A stretch of DNA of 32,000 nt, from positions 1,560,001 through 1,592,000 of the forward strand of contig NC_022093.1 of assembly GCF_000446015.1 (NCBI RefSeq). Direction: 5' to 3'. How positions within the stretch are numbered: position 1 is the first letter of the stretch; each line of letters begins with the position of its first letter. The DNA is from Thermofilum adornatum (GTDB taxonomy: Archaea > Thermoproteota > Thermoprotei > Thermofilales > Thermofilaceae). The notes below the pieces were generated by a model, which saw only the letters and a list, made by a program, of their open reading frames with translations, did no database searches and was not told the origin of the DNA. Positions 16,810 to 25,662 of the stretch are shown in pieces. The position numbers were made by a program, and so were the translations under genes.

Positions 16810-19323
16810 ATGAGATGGAAAACAATTATTATAGGAATAGTGATCTTAATAGTACTCCGCATGCTTATAGCGCATGCTCAGCCAGTTTTCTCGCTGAATG
16901 ATTCCTACTGGCAGGCTCCTCCAATGAGCGGCGTCAATGATACGCTGTACGTTATCCTAGAGCATGAGAGCCTTGGCGAAAATGTATCTCTAAATGCAAC
17001 TCTAACAATACAGGGAGTCGCCCGATCAAACCTCACTGCGAATGCAAGCTATGTTGGGTATCTCGGTCAAGGAGCGCTCCTTCCCCTAAAATTCCAGGTA
17101 AATATTCCCAGCGGGGACCTAGCTTCATATTATCCGGCCCAGCTTCTAATTCAGTGTAACAATACATCTACTATTATCAATTTCAACGTCGGCTTCTCTG
17201 GCGGCCCCTCATTTACTGTAACATCTGATAAACAGGTTTTGTCAAAAGGAGAAAACAACTCAGTAACAATCACAGTCAAGGTGATGGGTGCTCCCGCAAG
17301 AAATGTTGAAGTACGCGTTACTCCTGCAAGCGCCTTTGTTACTGTTCTTGGAGAGTCTCTAAGCCGAAAAGGTCTTGTAAATGTAGGAGAGACCCTTACC
17401 CTGCCAATCAACGTAATGGTTGATAGCTCCGCGGGAGACAGCGTTGCTCTAACCGTCACAATTTCCTCTGAAGATTTTACCAGGACACTAACTACTCAAA
17501 CTGTAACCATTGGCTTTCAGGTTGTGAGAACTCGAGGTCTACCATTCTTTACCCTCACACTAACTCCAAATATTATTTCATCAGGTCAGAGGACACAGGC
17601 ATACCTGTACATTACCAATACTGGTCCTAGCCCTGCAAAAGATGTTAGAGTCTCAGTCTCTGGTCTTTCGCCTGGCCTAGCAGTGCTCTCTGGTTCATCG
17701 GCGTCACTGGGCGACTTTGCTCCAGGAGAAACAAAAGTTCTACCGCTTGTTATAAGGGCTGACAGAACCGCTGTCGGTGTAGCCCAGCTTCAATTATCCT
17801 TTTCCTTTTTCGATGAGAGTGGGAATCCCCATACGAGTATGTTGAATGTTGGCTTCGAAGTTGCAAGGTCTCCCACACCAATTCTATCTATTAGCTTACT
17901 GAACGGGACACTTCCATATGGCTTGAACTCCAAACTCGCAGCATCGATTATCAATATCGGAGATGCAACAGCACAAGACATAACAGTTGACGCTAGTCCG
18001 GGACCAGGCGTGTATGTTTTGGGAACTTCACGTTCACGGATTAAGCAACTAAGCCCAGGAGCAAGCTCCTTGATTACTTTAATGGTCAGATCTACCTCAT
18101 TGGAGGGGTCGGGGACTCTGAGTTTTCGAATACACTACTATGACGATTACGGCAATGCCTATGACGACATAATCCAAGTTTCGTTTAATGTTAGCCGTAG
18201 CGGCGCAGAGATAAAGTTGATCCTGCTTAATGAAACACTTCATCCAAACCAAGTTAACAGAGTTCTTCTCCTGATAAACAACACGGGATCAATAGACGTA
18301 AAGAATCTCACCTTGACACTGACTTCTCAGAGCCCAGACATAGGATCCGTTATTGGGCCCTCAAATATACACCTTGGTTCGCTACCACATGGAAATTCAA
18401 CCCTAGTTACATTCAATGTATTTGTACAGCCAAAAGTATACGGCGCCTTACAGCTCCTTGCAGCCGTTTCTTATACTTTAACAGACGGGAGGTTTGCCAG
18501 AGATGTGTATACTCTCGGCTTTGAAGTGCATGGAGACTGGGAACTAAGTGTCTCCTCTGTCACCACAGTCCCTACGGCAATCTTTCCAGGAGACAACCAG
18601 GTAATGCTTCGGGTTACTTTCGTAAACTCGGGGGACTATATGGCGAAAAATGTACAGGTTGACTTCCTAGGAGACCAATGGGTGAAGCCCAGCTCGGCAA
18701 GTAGCGCAGAGGCCTTTATTCCATACTTGCCTGTAGGACAGACTGTGACAATTAACTTTCTGGCCGATATACGTAGCGATGCACCAATAGGCAATCATAG
18801 ACTTGCTGTGAATGCAAGCGGGCGTACCATATATTTTACGTTAACAGTACTCGAGAAGGCGACTTTCAATATACGAAACGTGACAAGTCTTGAAGTGACA
18901 AGAGGTGGTAGAGGATATCGACTCGTATATGAAGTTGAGAACACGTCAAACATGACTGCCGACGACGTCCGTGTCGAGATGTTTTCACCCTTTGTCACAG
19001 GCACAACCAGCGTTTATATCGGGACTCTATCTGGACACGAGCGCAAGCTTGTAACCTTCGAGGTAGACATAGATCAGACAGCACCTATAGGCGAGCTGCC
19101 CGTAGACTTCAGGGTGTCCTGGACACAGGAAAACAGAAACCTTGATCAATACATTCGCAACTCAATCCATGTAAATCCGCCTAAACCTATCTCTAACCTG
19201 GTCTTCGTGGCCCTGATCCTCATATTCTTGGTTCTACTTGGCTACATGAAACGGGAAACTCTCAAAACATTTATTACACGAGTTGCTAGGGCTAAGGCGG
19301 AATCAACAAAGACTAACTCATAG
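16810..19323 (+). CDS. Large surface protein: signal peptide, about six tandem CARDB/COG1361 'S-layer domain'-like repeats, C-terminal TM anchor
   Basis: Repeats of about 110 aa fall between aa 135 and 790. Each has an NxG...A.(D/N)V.V motif: ITNTGPSPAKDVRVSVSG, INIGDATAQDITVDASP, INNTGSIDVKNLTLTLTS, FVNSGDYMAKNVQVDFLG, VENTSNMTADDVRVEMFS. There are many N-x-S/T sequons, and the C-terminus is LVFVALILIFLVLLGY followed by a basic tail. The start is 1 nt after the permease stop. Confidence 0.8.
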   Translation: MRWKTIIIGIVILIVLRMLIAHAQPVFSLNDSYWQAPPMSGVNDTLYVILEHESLGENVSLNATLTIQGVARSNLTANASYVGYLGQGALLPLKFQVNIPSGDLASYYPAQLLIQCNNTSTIINFNVGFSGGPSFTVTSDKQVLSKGENNSVTITVKVMGAPARNVEVRVTPASAFVTVLGESLSRKGLVNVGETLTLPINVMVDSSAGDSVALTVTISSEDFTRTLTTQTVTIGFQVVRTRGLPFFTLTLTPNIISSGQRTQAYLYITNTGPSPAKDVRVSVSGLSPGLAVLSGSSASLGDFAPGETKVLPLVIRADRTAVGVAQLQLSFSFFDESGNPHTSMLNVGFEVARSPTPILSISLLNGTLPYGLNSKLAASIINIGDATAQDITVDASPGPGVYVLGTSRSRIKQLSPGASSLITLMVRSTSLEGSGTLSFRIHYYDDYGNAYDDIIQVSFNVSRSGAEIKLILLNETLHPNQVNRVLLLINNTGSIDVKNLTLTLTSQSPDIGSVIGPSNIHLGSLPHGNSTLVTFNVFVQPKVYGALQLLAAVSYTLTDGRFARDVYTLGFEVHGDWELSVSSVTTVPTAIFPGDNQVMLRVTFVNSGDYMAKNVQVDFLGDQWVKPSSASSAEAFIPYLPVGQTVTINFLADIRSDAPIGNHRLAVNASGRTIYFTLTVLEKATFNIRNVTSLEVTRGGRGYRLVYEVENTSNMTADDVRVEMFSPFVTGTTSVYIGTLSGHERKLVTFEVDIDQTAPIGELPVDFRVSWTQENRNLDQYIRNSIHVNPPKPISNLVFVALILIFLVLLGYMKRETLKTFITRVARAKAESTKTNS

Positions 19324-19415
19324 AGTAGTCATTATTCTCTTTCCTTGATGAGAAAGCTTTTTTGATGGGAAACGTAGCAATTAGAAAATTTGCATGTTAT
19401 TACTTTTATTCCATG

Positions 19416-19429
19416 AAAAAATATAAATT
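19416..19429 (+). promoter_or_regulatory. TATA-like box for a leaderless transcript starting near GTG 19451
   Basis: aaaaaatataaatt is centred about 29 nt upstream of GTG 19451, which fits archaeal TATA-to-TSS spacing of about 26-27 nt. Confidence 0.45.
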
Positions 19430-19450
19430 GCGTCATATTGTTTTTATCAC

Positions 19451-19969
19451 GTGAGAAAGAGAAGCATCTCATCGGTCTTCTACTTAAAGCCCCGACAAGT
19501 AAAGGCCGTCGTTTATCTTCCAACACTTTTGGGTGTGCGACCCTTTAGCCTTATCATCAACAAAAAAGAGGTCGACAAAATAATTTCCAAGTCGAGGAAA
19601 AGAAAGAAGTGGCTTGCCGGTGGAAAAACCGAGGCGGTCAGTTTAAGCCTCTCCAGTGACGCCCTTAGCCTACTCTTACTCGAGATCCCCGACATCTGTA
19701 AAAAGGCTGATTTCAAGAAGCTTGACGAATATGTTAAGACCTCTTATCGGCATAACACAAAGGTAAAGGAGGAGGTTTATAAGAGAGCGCTTGGGAAAGT
19801 TTTAGGAGACAAAGAGATAGCTGATGCATACCTTGGGGCCTGGCTAAAGGCAAACAACTTTGAGCTACCACCTGACGACCCGGACGCCAGCAAGGTTTCT
19901 AGCCAGTTCTATAAACTCGTCTGGAAGTTTGGAGATAGGTATGTCCTCCAAGATCCTCCATGGTGTTAA
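19451..19969 (+). CDS. Hypothetical 172-aa protein (no family recognised), first gene of a two-gene cassette
   Basis: The ORF has no internal Met, and the GTG start at 19451 is supported by the upstream TATA box. It has a basic patch (SKSRKRKKW) and a helical C-terminal half (EEVYKRALGKVLGDKEIADAYLGAWLKAN). Confidence 0.5.
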   Translation: MRKRSISSVFYLKPRQVKAVVYLPTLLGVRPFSLIINKKEVDKIISKSRKRKKWLAGGKTEAVSLSLSSDALSLLLLEIPDICKKADFKKLDEYVKTSYRHNTKVKEEVYKRALGKVLGDKEIADAYLGAWLKANNFELPPDDPDASKVSSQFYKLVWKFGDRYVLQDPPWC

Positions 19970-21482
19970 AGAAATGTTTTCTCCTAAAAGTCTACCATTG
20001 TCCATAAAAAGTGTGGAAGAATATAGGCGCTACGTTAAAACTTACGGCAAGCTTCCTACAAAGACCTTCAACGATATCGTAGGCCACATAGAGTCGGAAA
20101 ACAGAGGACTGTATTTGTTGTTGATGCCTCCGGGGAGCGGGAAATCCTTCATACTCTTCCAGTTGCTTGATGAATTCACGGCTAAAGGCCCAGTTTTATT
20201 TGAATCATTCAGCAACAGTTCAGAGAAATTTAAAAGCTTCGTAAATACTCTCGAAGTTCGACTAGCCCAATCCATTGCTAACTGGGTTCATACGGTGACG
20301 GGGAAGACAATCGGAGGGAACAACCCAGAACTTCTAACCGTTGCCTGTGCAATTGCGGAAGCCACAGGTGTCCACATACCTCTCTTGTTCCTTCTTGACG
20401 AAGTTCCACTGGAGAGGGAAGAGTCAAAGCTAGAGGAAAATATTCAATATATGGAGACTTTTCTTAGGAAAGCAGATGAACTTGCAGGATTCAAGATCCA
20501 TGTTGTGCTGACCTCCCATGCTATATCTGCTGACTTACAGGAAAAATTTTTTGAGAAGCTAAGGGAAAGGGGAGGGCTTCAAAGATACAATAGAATCCGA
20601 ACATTTAATAAGGTTGAGTTGGCTCCTGGATTCGAGGATGAAGCGAGAGATTTCGTCAAGAAACTTGCTCAAGGCTTTCTGCTGGATCCCTACCTTGTCG
20701 ATACTGCAGTAGAAATGTTAAAGCGAGGCTTTGTCTTTCGCCACGTCATTAGGCTGATTGACGGGGCAAGGCGCAGAGAAGCCTCGGTCGACCTAGAAAG
20801 AGACTTGCATCACGCCCTGGTAGGTGAGCTGGAAAAGAAACTACCACAGGGCAAAGCCAACATTTCAAGCAGACCAGACCTTGTCCTTGTCGACGGGACA
20901 TGTATCGAGGTAAAAGTTAGATTTTCAACTCTAGACATAAACCCGCTACAACATGCTGAATGTCCCAAGAAGCTATACATAATAGTTGCTCCTGAATCCC
21001 AAAATATCCAGGGAGCCCGCGTAATACACAGAAAAGCAGACGTAGCACAGATTGTTTCCGCACTTCAGGCTCTTAAAGCGGAAGACAAGAAGACTTATGA
21101 AGGAGTACTAGGCATCCTTGCACAAACAATCGTCACTTCTATACTTCCCGACATAACCCAGGTGCCTAAGCCACAGCCTGTCCTTGAAGACAACAGAATT
21201 AGGCTCATATGCGCAATACTGTCACAAATGTTTAGAGATTCAAAGACACAGACCCGATCATACATCGCTAAGAGTAGCGTTTTTAAAGCCCTGCTACACG
21301 AGCTAGCTCCAATTACGCCTGCAGAATACAAAGAACAACTTGAAAAATGTATGAAAAATCCCGTAGCTTCATGTGTAGACTTGGCGAGCGACATCAGCGA
21401 GAAAGTTTACGGAAAAACCATATTCAGGATCGAGGGCTCAAAGGTCTACATTGGGAACTTTTGCATTGACCAACAATTCTAA
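19941..21482 (+). CDS. AAA+/P-loop ATPase fused to a PD-(D/E)xK-like nuclease motif and a helical C-terminal extension
   Basis: Walker A is LLLMPPGSGKSFIL (nt 20127-20147) and Walker B is LLFLLDEV (20382-20405). The later segment GELEKKLPQGKANISSRPDLVLVDGTCIEVKVR (about 20871-20918) has a P-D...E-x-K arrangement. The ORF opens at 19860. Plausible starts are ATG 19941 (29-nt overlap with the upstream gene) or ATG 19974 (5 nt after its stop). Confidence 0.7.
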   Translation: MSSKILHGVKEMFSPKSLPLSIKSVEEYRRYVKTYGKLPTKTFNDIVGHIESENRGLYLLLMPPGSGKSFILFQLLDEFTAKGPVLFESFSNSSEKFKSFVNTLEVRLAQSIANWVHTVTGKTIGGNNPELLTVACAIAEATGVHIPLLFLLDEVPLEREESKLEENIQYMETFLRKADELAGFKIHVVLTSHAISADLQEKFFEKLRERGGLQRYNRIRTFNKVELAPGFEDEARDFVKKLAQGFLLDPYLVDTAVEMLKRGFVFRHVIRLIDGARRREASVDLERDLHHALVGELEKKLPQGKANISSRPDLVLVDGTCIEVKVRFSTLDINPLQHAECPKKLYIIVAPESQNIQGARVIHRKADVAQIVSALQALKAEDKKTYEGVLGILAQTIVTSILPDITQVPKPQPVLEDNRIRLICAILSQMFRDSKTQTRSYIAKSSVFKALLHELAPITPAEYKEQLEKCMKNPVASCVDLASDISEKVYGKTIFRIEGSKVYIGNFCIDQQF

Positions 21483-21524
21483 GAGCATAGTTTTTATACA
21501 GCCTAACTAATTTTATCTTAATAA

Positions 21525-21622
21525 TGAGGGTTATTGTCAAGAGCATTGCCATCGAAGATTTTCGCGGCGTTAGACGACTAAAAGAACCACTCGAACTCGG
21601 AAAAATTCAATATTCCCCTTGA
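21525..21622 (+). pseudogene. Frameshifted, truncated N-terminal relic of an ABC/SMC-type (AAA_15/OLD/Rad50-like) ATPase
   Basis: ATG 21525 gives MRVIV. After a 1-nt frame change the reading continues SIAIEDFRGVRRLKEPLELGKIQYSP then TGA at 21620-21622. 'I.I.nFRg...L...l..' is the characteristic first strand of ABC-type ATPases. No Walker A follows. Confidence 0.5.
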
Positions 21623-21725
21623 ATGAGACTGGAACAGCCAGAGCTTAATTTGTCTTTCTCCTAACAAAGAGCTCGGGGATAGCCAAGTAAGAAATTATTT
21701 AAGCAACTCATGTGAGGGTATCACT

Positions 21726-22715
21726 GTGAAGGCCGCCTTATTGTCTGGTCCACGCTTGCTTCGGGTTACGGATGTTCCCATTCCCTCTAGACCGCAGGGC
21801 TGGGCTCTCGTGAAGACTCTCGCGGTGGGAATATGTGGGACAGATAAGGCGTTCTATACTGGGTCTTACCCCTTGTTCAAGAAGCCCCTTATACCTGGAC
21901 ACGAGGTTGTAGGGATAGTTGTCGAGGGGTCTAGAAGCCTAGTTGGCAGGACGGTTGTCTCAGAGATTAACTTCCCGTGCTGGAGCTGTGAGGCGTGCAG
22001 GTCTGGTATGTACACGCATTGCCCGTACAAGAAGACTCTGGGCATAGACTTTGACGGAGGGATGGCCGAGTACTTTGTCGCGCCCGAGTCTGCCCTTCAC
22101 CTGGCCGAAGGCCTGGATACAGTGGTAGCAACAGAGGTTGAGCCTCTCGCCGCGTTGATACATGGGCTCAGGGTTACCCCTGTGGGGCCAGAGGACACTG
22201 TGGCGATAATTGGCACGGGGAACCTTGCATACCTATTGTACCAGCTCCTAAAGCTTAGGGGTGCAAAGCCTGTGATCATCGCGAGGAAGGGGAGCCCCAA
22301 GGCCAGCCTCCTAGTGCTTGAAGGCTTCCGCGTTGCATACGTTGAGGACACTAGCAAGTTGCTCGAGGAGACTTGGATGGGTCTAGGATTTGACGTTGTG
22401 TTCGATGTTTCTGGGGACCCATCAGCTGTAGAATTTGCCATAGACATTGCTAGGCCCCGTGGAACAGTTCACTTGAAGTCTACTCCCGGCTCCAGGAGCA
22501 ACGTCAACTTGACGAGGGCAGTTGTAAAGGAAGTCAAGATTGCTACGAGTAGGTGTGGCGACTTTAGGGACTTCGAGGAGGCAATAAAGCTACTGAAAAG
22601 TGGCGCCGTTAAGCCGAAGATTACCAGCGTGTTTGTAGGCGTTGAAAGTATCCCTGAGGCTTTCGAGAAGGCACTGGAACGTGAACAGTTCAAGGTCGCT
22701 ATTCGTATGATATAA
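21726..22715 (+). CDS. Zinc-dependent medium-chain alcohol/polyol dehydrogenase (MDR family)
   Basis: GICGTD, PGHEVVG, the structural-zinc cluster CWSCEACRSGMYTHC, and the Rossmann motif IIGTGNLA. GTG start. Confidence 0.9.
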   Translation: MKAALLSGPRLLRVTDVPIPSRPQGWALVKTLAVGICGTDKAFYTGSYPLFKKPLIPGHEVVGIVVEGSRSLVGRTVVSEINFPCWSCEACRSGMYTHCPYKKTLGIDFDGGMAEYFVAPESALHLAEGLDTVVATEVEPLAALIHGLRVTPVGPEDTVAIIGTGNLAYLLYQLLKLRGAKPVIIARKGSPKASLLVLEGFRVAYVEDTSKLLEETWMGLGFDVVFDVSGDPSAVEFAIDIARPRGTVHLKSTPGSRSNVNLTRAVVKEVKIATSRCGDFRDFEEAIKLLKSGAVKPKITSVFVGVESIPEAFEKALEREQFKVAIRMI

Positions 22716-23004
22716 AGAAAGGCAGGGGCTGTTAGATACGGGGGAACTGGAGCAAATATACAGCAAGATCATTGAGACGGCACAGAAGAAAAAGCTCATA
22801 AACACTCTGGAGATTAGCCGGGAGACGGGAATACCAGAGGAAAAAGTTAGGCTAGCATTGCTCATGCTCAGAGACATGGGAAGACTGAAAACGGAGGAAG
22901 TCAGCTGTGGCTCCACATGTGAGAATTGCCCATTTAAAAAAGTGTGTACGTTGAATTCTCCCAGCCAGGGAAGAATCTTTATTGTGGAACTGGGGGAGCA
23001 TTAG
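22711..23004 (+). CDS. wHTH plus Cys-cluster small regulator-like ORF that lacks a canonical start codon (either non-canonical initiation or a recent pseudogene)
   Basis: The stop-to-stop frame translates ..ELEQIYSKIIETAQKKKLINTLEISRETGIPEEKVRLALLMLRDMGRLKTEEVSCGSTCENCPFKKVC... The first ATG/GTG/TTG is TTG 22858, inside the recognition helix. Coordinates are stop-to-stop. Confidence 0.4.
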   Translation, partial: YKERQGLLDTGELEQIYSKIIETAQKKKLINTLEISRETGIPEEKVRLALLMLRDMGRLKTEEVSCGSTCENCPFKKVCTLNSPSQGRIFIVELGEH

Positions 23005-23800
23005 TTGCTGGCGCCTGGCCGGCCTCTTTGAGGGCCTTGATTGCGCTTTCGCGTAGGATTATTAAGGCAGCTATCTGTAGGGCGGGAGCAACAAAAGATA
23101 TGACTAGTATCAGGTGGGGGACCAATGACACAAAGCTTACTAGGAAAGCTAGAAGATAGAGTATACCAGCCGTCCTAAAGCCCTGTAAACTTGTCTGTGT
23201 TGACAGCTCAAAGAGAAACATTATTTCGCCTATCCAGCCGATGAGGTAAGCTATAGAGGCAACAATCGCAACGAGGACGGCACCCAGAAAGGTGAAAACC
23301 AGTGAGATAATCATACCGTTAGTTTCACTTCTACTTGAAGAAATCAATCCGTGCAGGTTGCCAATGTGGGGAGCTATACCTGCCACGAGAATTATTATGG
23401 CGAGGATTATGAGCCCTAGGAAGCCCCAGTAGCCATATTTCATTAGCTTGGCAGAAGATGAAAAAGTGGATCGCCACTTTGCGAGCGTTTCTCCAGCTGG
23501 GACTAGGCGCCCATAAATAGCTATAAGAGATAATATGATTGAAGCTAGGATTAATAGTACCTCTACAACCAAAAGCCCAGCAAAGTTCATGAAGTGCTGG
23601 CGGAGACCAGGTTCAGGGAGAGAGCTCCAGGGTTCACGACTAAGCTGAGTAAAGATAGCAAAGAGCATAGGAAATATAAGTATGAGCGATATGATTCCAA
23701 GTATCTGGGAGGCTAAAGAGAGCTCTGAGTATCCCTTCAGTAACTTGAAACCACGTCGGTAAACCTCTTGTTCAGCCATAAGTCTAAAAACATTTTTCAT
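22979..23800 (-). CDS. Polytopic membrane protein, family not recognised
   Basis: 273 aa with about 6-7 hydrophobic segments. Its ATG lies 3 nt after the upstream permease stop, so the two are likely co-transcribed. Any DUF973-like assignment would be a guess. Confidence 0.6.
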   Translation of the reverse strand: MKNVFRLMAEQEVYRRGFKLLKGYSELSLASQILGIISLILIFPMLFAIFTQLSREPWSSLPEPGLRQHFMNFAGLLVVEVLLILASIILSLIAIYGRLVPAGETLAKWRSTFSSSAKLMKYGYWGFLGLIILAIIILVAGIAPHIGNLHGLISSSRSETNGMIISLVFTFLGAVLVAIVASIAYLIGWIGEIMFLFELSTQTSLQGFRTAGILYLLAFLVSFVSLVPHLILVISFVAPALQIAALIILRESAIKALKEAGQAPATNAPPVPQ

Positions 23801-23803
23801 GAT

Positions 23804-25081
23804 TTATATTTTACTTTTTACGTAGGTCTTGTATATGTAAAACCACACAATGCCCACAACAATGAGTATCACACCTATCTTAATGGCTGTCACCTCCACG
23901 CTGAGGGCAAGCGCCAGGCTTAGAGCCATGCCTATAAAGGCGTGTAGCGGTCGTAGGGGCGCCTTGAACGCTGGATTGAACTTTTTGTCCCTGTAGAGTC
24001 GCAGAGAGGCATAGTTGGTCAATACATGAGAGAGAAGGACAAGGAAGCTAGTAAGCATCGCTAAGCCTGAGATGTCCATAAACAATACTAGGACAAGCAT
24101 GATTCCTCCTGAAAGGAGAATAGAGTAGACTGGTGTCCCAAACCTCTCGCTAACCTCTGATAGCTTTTGAGGTATCTCGTTGTTCCTTGCCATAGCAAAG
24201 AAGACCCTCGACTGGCCCATGACTGAGGTCAAGACAACACTGAATGTCGCAACAAGGCCTCCGACGCCAATAACCCAGCCTAAGCCAAGCATCTCTGCTA
24301 CCTCTGCGAGGGGGGCACTGCTTGATGCGAGCCTCTGCCAGCCAGCAACACCTACGGCTGTGAATGAGACTAGCGCGTAAAGGAGGGCAGAAATGCCTAG
24401 AGCTAAGAGGATTGCTCGCGGGATATTTTTCTCGGGATCCCTCACTTCTTCTGCCATTGTCGCGATCCTAGGGAAACCTATATAGGCAAAGTAGAATAGG
24501 GACGCAGCCTCTAAGACGGGCATAAAGCCTCTCGGCATAAATGGAGTGAAGTTTTCTGCCTGAACAGCGAGCAAGCCTACTGCGACAAGCAGGATCAAGA
24601 CCAAGACCTTGATAGCTACAAAGACATTGTTTACCCATGCAGATAGCTTTGCCCCTAAAATATTGATCAGAGTAACAAAGACGACTAGCAAAGCTGCAAC
24701 AATGTGGAAGTCAAGTCCATGTATGAAAAAAGACAAGTAGAAAGCGAAGCCCTGGCTCGCCGTGGCGCCAAGCACAATGTTTCCTGCTACCCACATCCAG
24801 CCCATAAGGAAGCCGACCAGTGGATGTATCAAGGTGTGGCCATACTCGTAGACGCCGCCAGACTTCGGGAGGGCAGAGCCCAGTTCACAGAAGCTCAAAG
24901 CAGTAAAGGACGCGCTTATGCCGGCAATTACGACTGACAGGACGACGGCTGGGCCTGCTAGGCCAGCAGCGATACCTATGAGTACGAAGATCCCTGCACC
25001 AATAATTGCGCCTAGCCCTACCGAAAGAGCGTCTATGAGACCGAGCTCTCTTTTTAGTGGAGTGTCTACCTGGTTTGACAC
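23804..25081 (-). CDS. APC-superfamily amino acid/polyamine permease
   Basis: GLIDALSVGLGAIIGAGIFVLIG...FCELGSALPKSGGVYEYG is the typical APC N-terminal signature. About 12 TM segments. Confidence 0.9.
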   Translation of the reverse strand: MSNQVDTPLKRELGLIDALSVGLGAIIGAGIFVLIGIAAGLAGPAVVLSVVIAGISASFTALSFCELGSALPKSGGVYEYGHTLIHPLVGFLMGWMWVAGNIVLGATASQGFAFYLSFFIHGLDFHIVAALLVVFVTLINILGAKLSAWVNNVFVAIKVLVLILLVAVGLLAVQAENFTPFMPRGFMPVLEAASLFYFAYIGFPRIATMAEEVRDPEKNIPRAILLALGISALLYALVSFTAVGVAGWQRLASSSAPLAEVAEMLGLGWVIGVGGLVATFSVVLTSVMGQSRVFFAMARNNEIPQKLSEVSERFGTPVYSILLSGGIMLVLVLFMDISGLAMLTSFLVLLSHVLTNYASLRLYRDKKFNPAFKAPLRPLHAFIGMALSLALALSVEVTAIKIGVILIVVGIVWFYIYKTYVKSKI

Positions 25082-25228
25082 ATGGGAATTCCAATGTGCG
25101 CAGATATATACTTATGTTTTTCAAATACTCATAGAAAAATGTGTATTTTTAGGGGAGCAAATCATTTGAAAAAACTTTTCATATACAACGTCACATTTAT
25201 TAAAATCAATTCATATATTTATTGTATA

Positions 25229-25615
25229 ATGGCAGTCCAGTGGTGCGTAAAAGCAGTCAAAGACTATGTAGACAAGTGTTCTGAAACACTTTCTAGGGAA
25301 GAGTGCGCCAAGAGAGCAGAGGAAACAGTTGGCACGTGGACATACAGGGTCAACTATTCCTTCTTTATTTCAGGCGTATTCACTAGGGTCCTACAGAGAT
25401 TCATGCCAGACGTAGCCTGGAAAATCCACGACACCCTGGTAACAAGGCCGAGGCAGAGGATAGCTTTCGACGAGCAACTATACCTCAACCTTCTCAGGGT
25501 CTTCAGCGAGATAGAGAAAAGCCCACCGTCGCCAGAGGACAGGATACATGCAAGGAAGCTTAGAGAACTAATAGAGACAGCTCTCAGGCTTAGAAGCTCA
25601 ATAGAAAGAGTATAA
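25229..25615 (+). CDS. Hypothetical 128-aa soluble protein
   Basis: I prefer ATG 25229 within ORF 25082-25615, because the upstream part is A/T-rich with a TATA-like tttattaaaa about 26 nt before it. The sequence is helical and charged, with no recognised family. Confidence 0.5.
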   Translation: MAVQWCVKAVKDYVDKCSETLSREECAKRAEETVGTWTYRVNYSFFISGVFTRVLQRFMPDVAWKIHDTLVTRPRQRIAFDEQLYLNLLRVFSEIEKSPPSPEDRIHARKLRELIETALRLRSSIERV

Positions 25616-25662
25616 AACATTAATCAAATAAAGATTTATTAAAGTAGCCACAAAAGATACAC

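Noticed and set aside
19345-19351. TTGATGA resembling a C box of a C/D-box sRNA downstream of the 837-aa gene
   Set aside because: No CTGA D box or second C'/D' pair occurs within the next 50-70 nt, and the base preceding UGAUGA is not a purine.
19860-19940. Annotated ORF start (19860) of the ATPase, which would overlap the 172-aa gene by 110 nt
   Set aside because: The first 27 codons read as out-of-frame noise (SYHLTTRTPARFLASSINSS). ATG 19941 or ATG 19974 gives a normal short overlap or a 5-nt gap.
22701-22730. Programmed +1 frameshift fusing the ADH to the downstream wHTH ORF
   Set aside because: AUA UAA A is not a recognised slippery context, and an ADH-wHTH fusion has no precedent that I know of.
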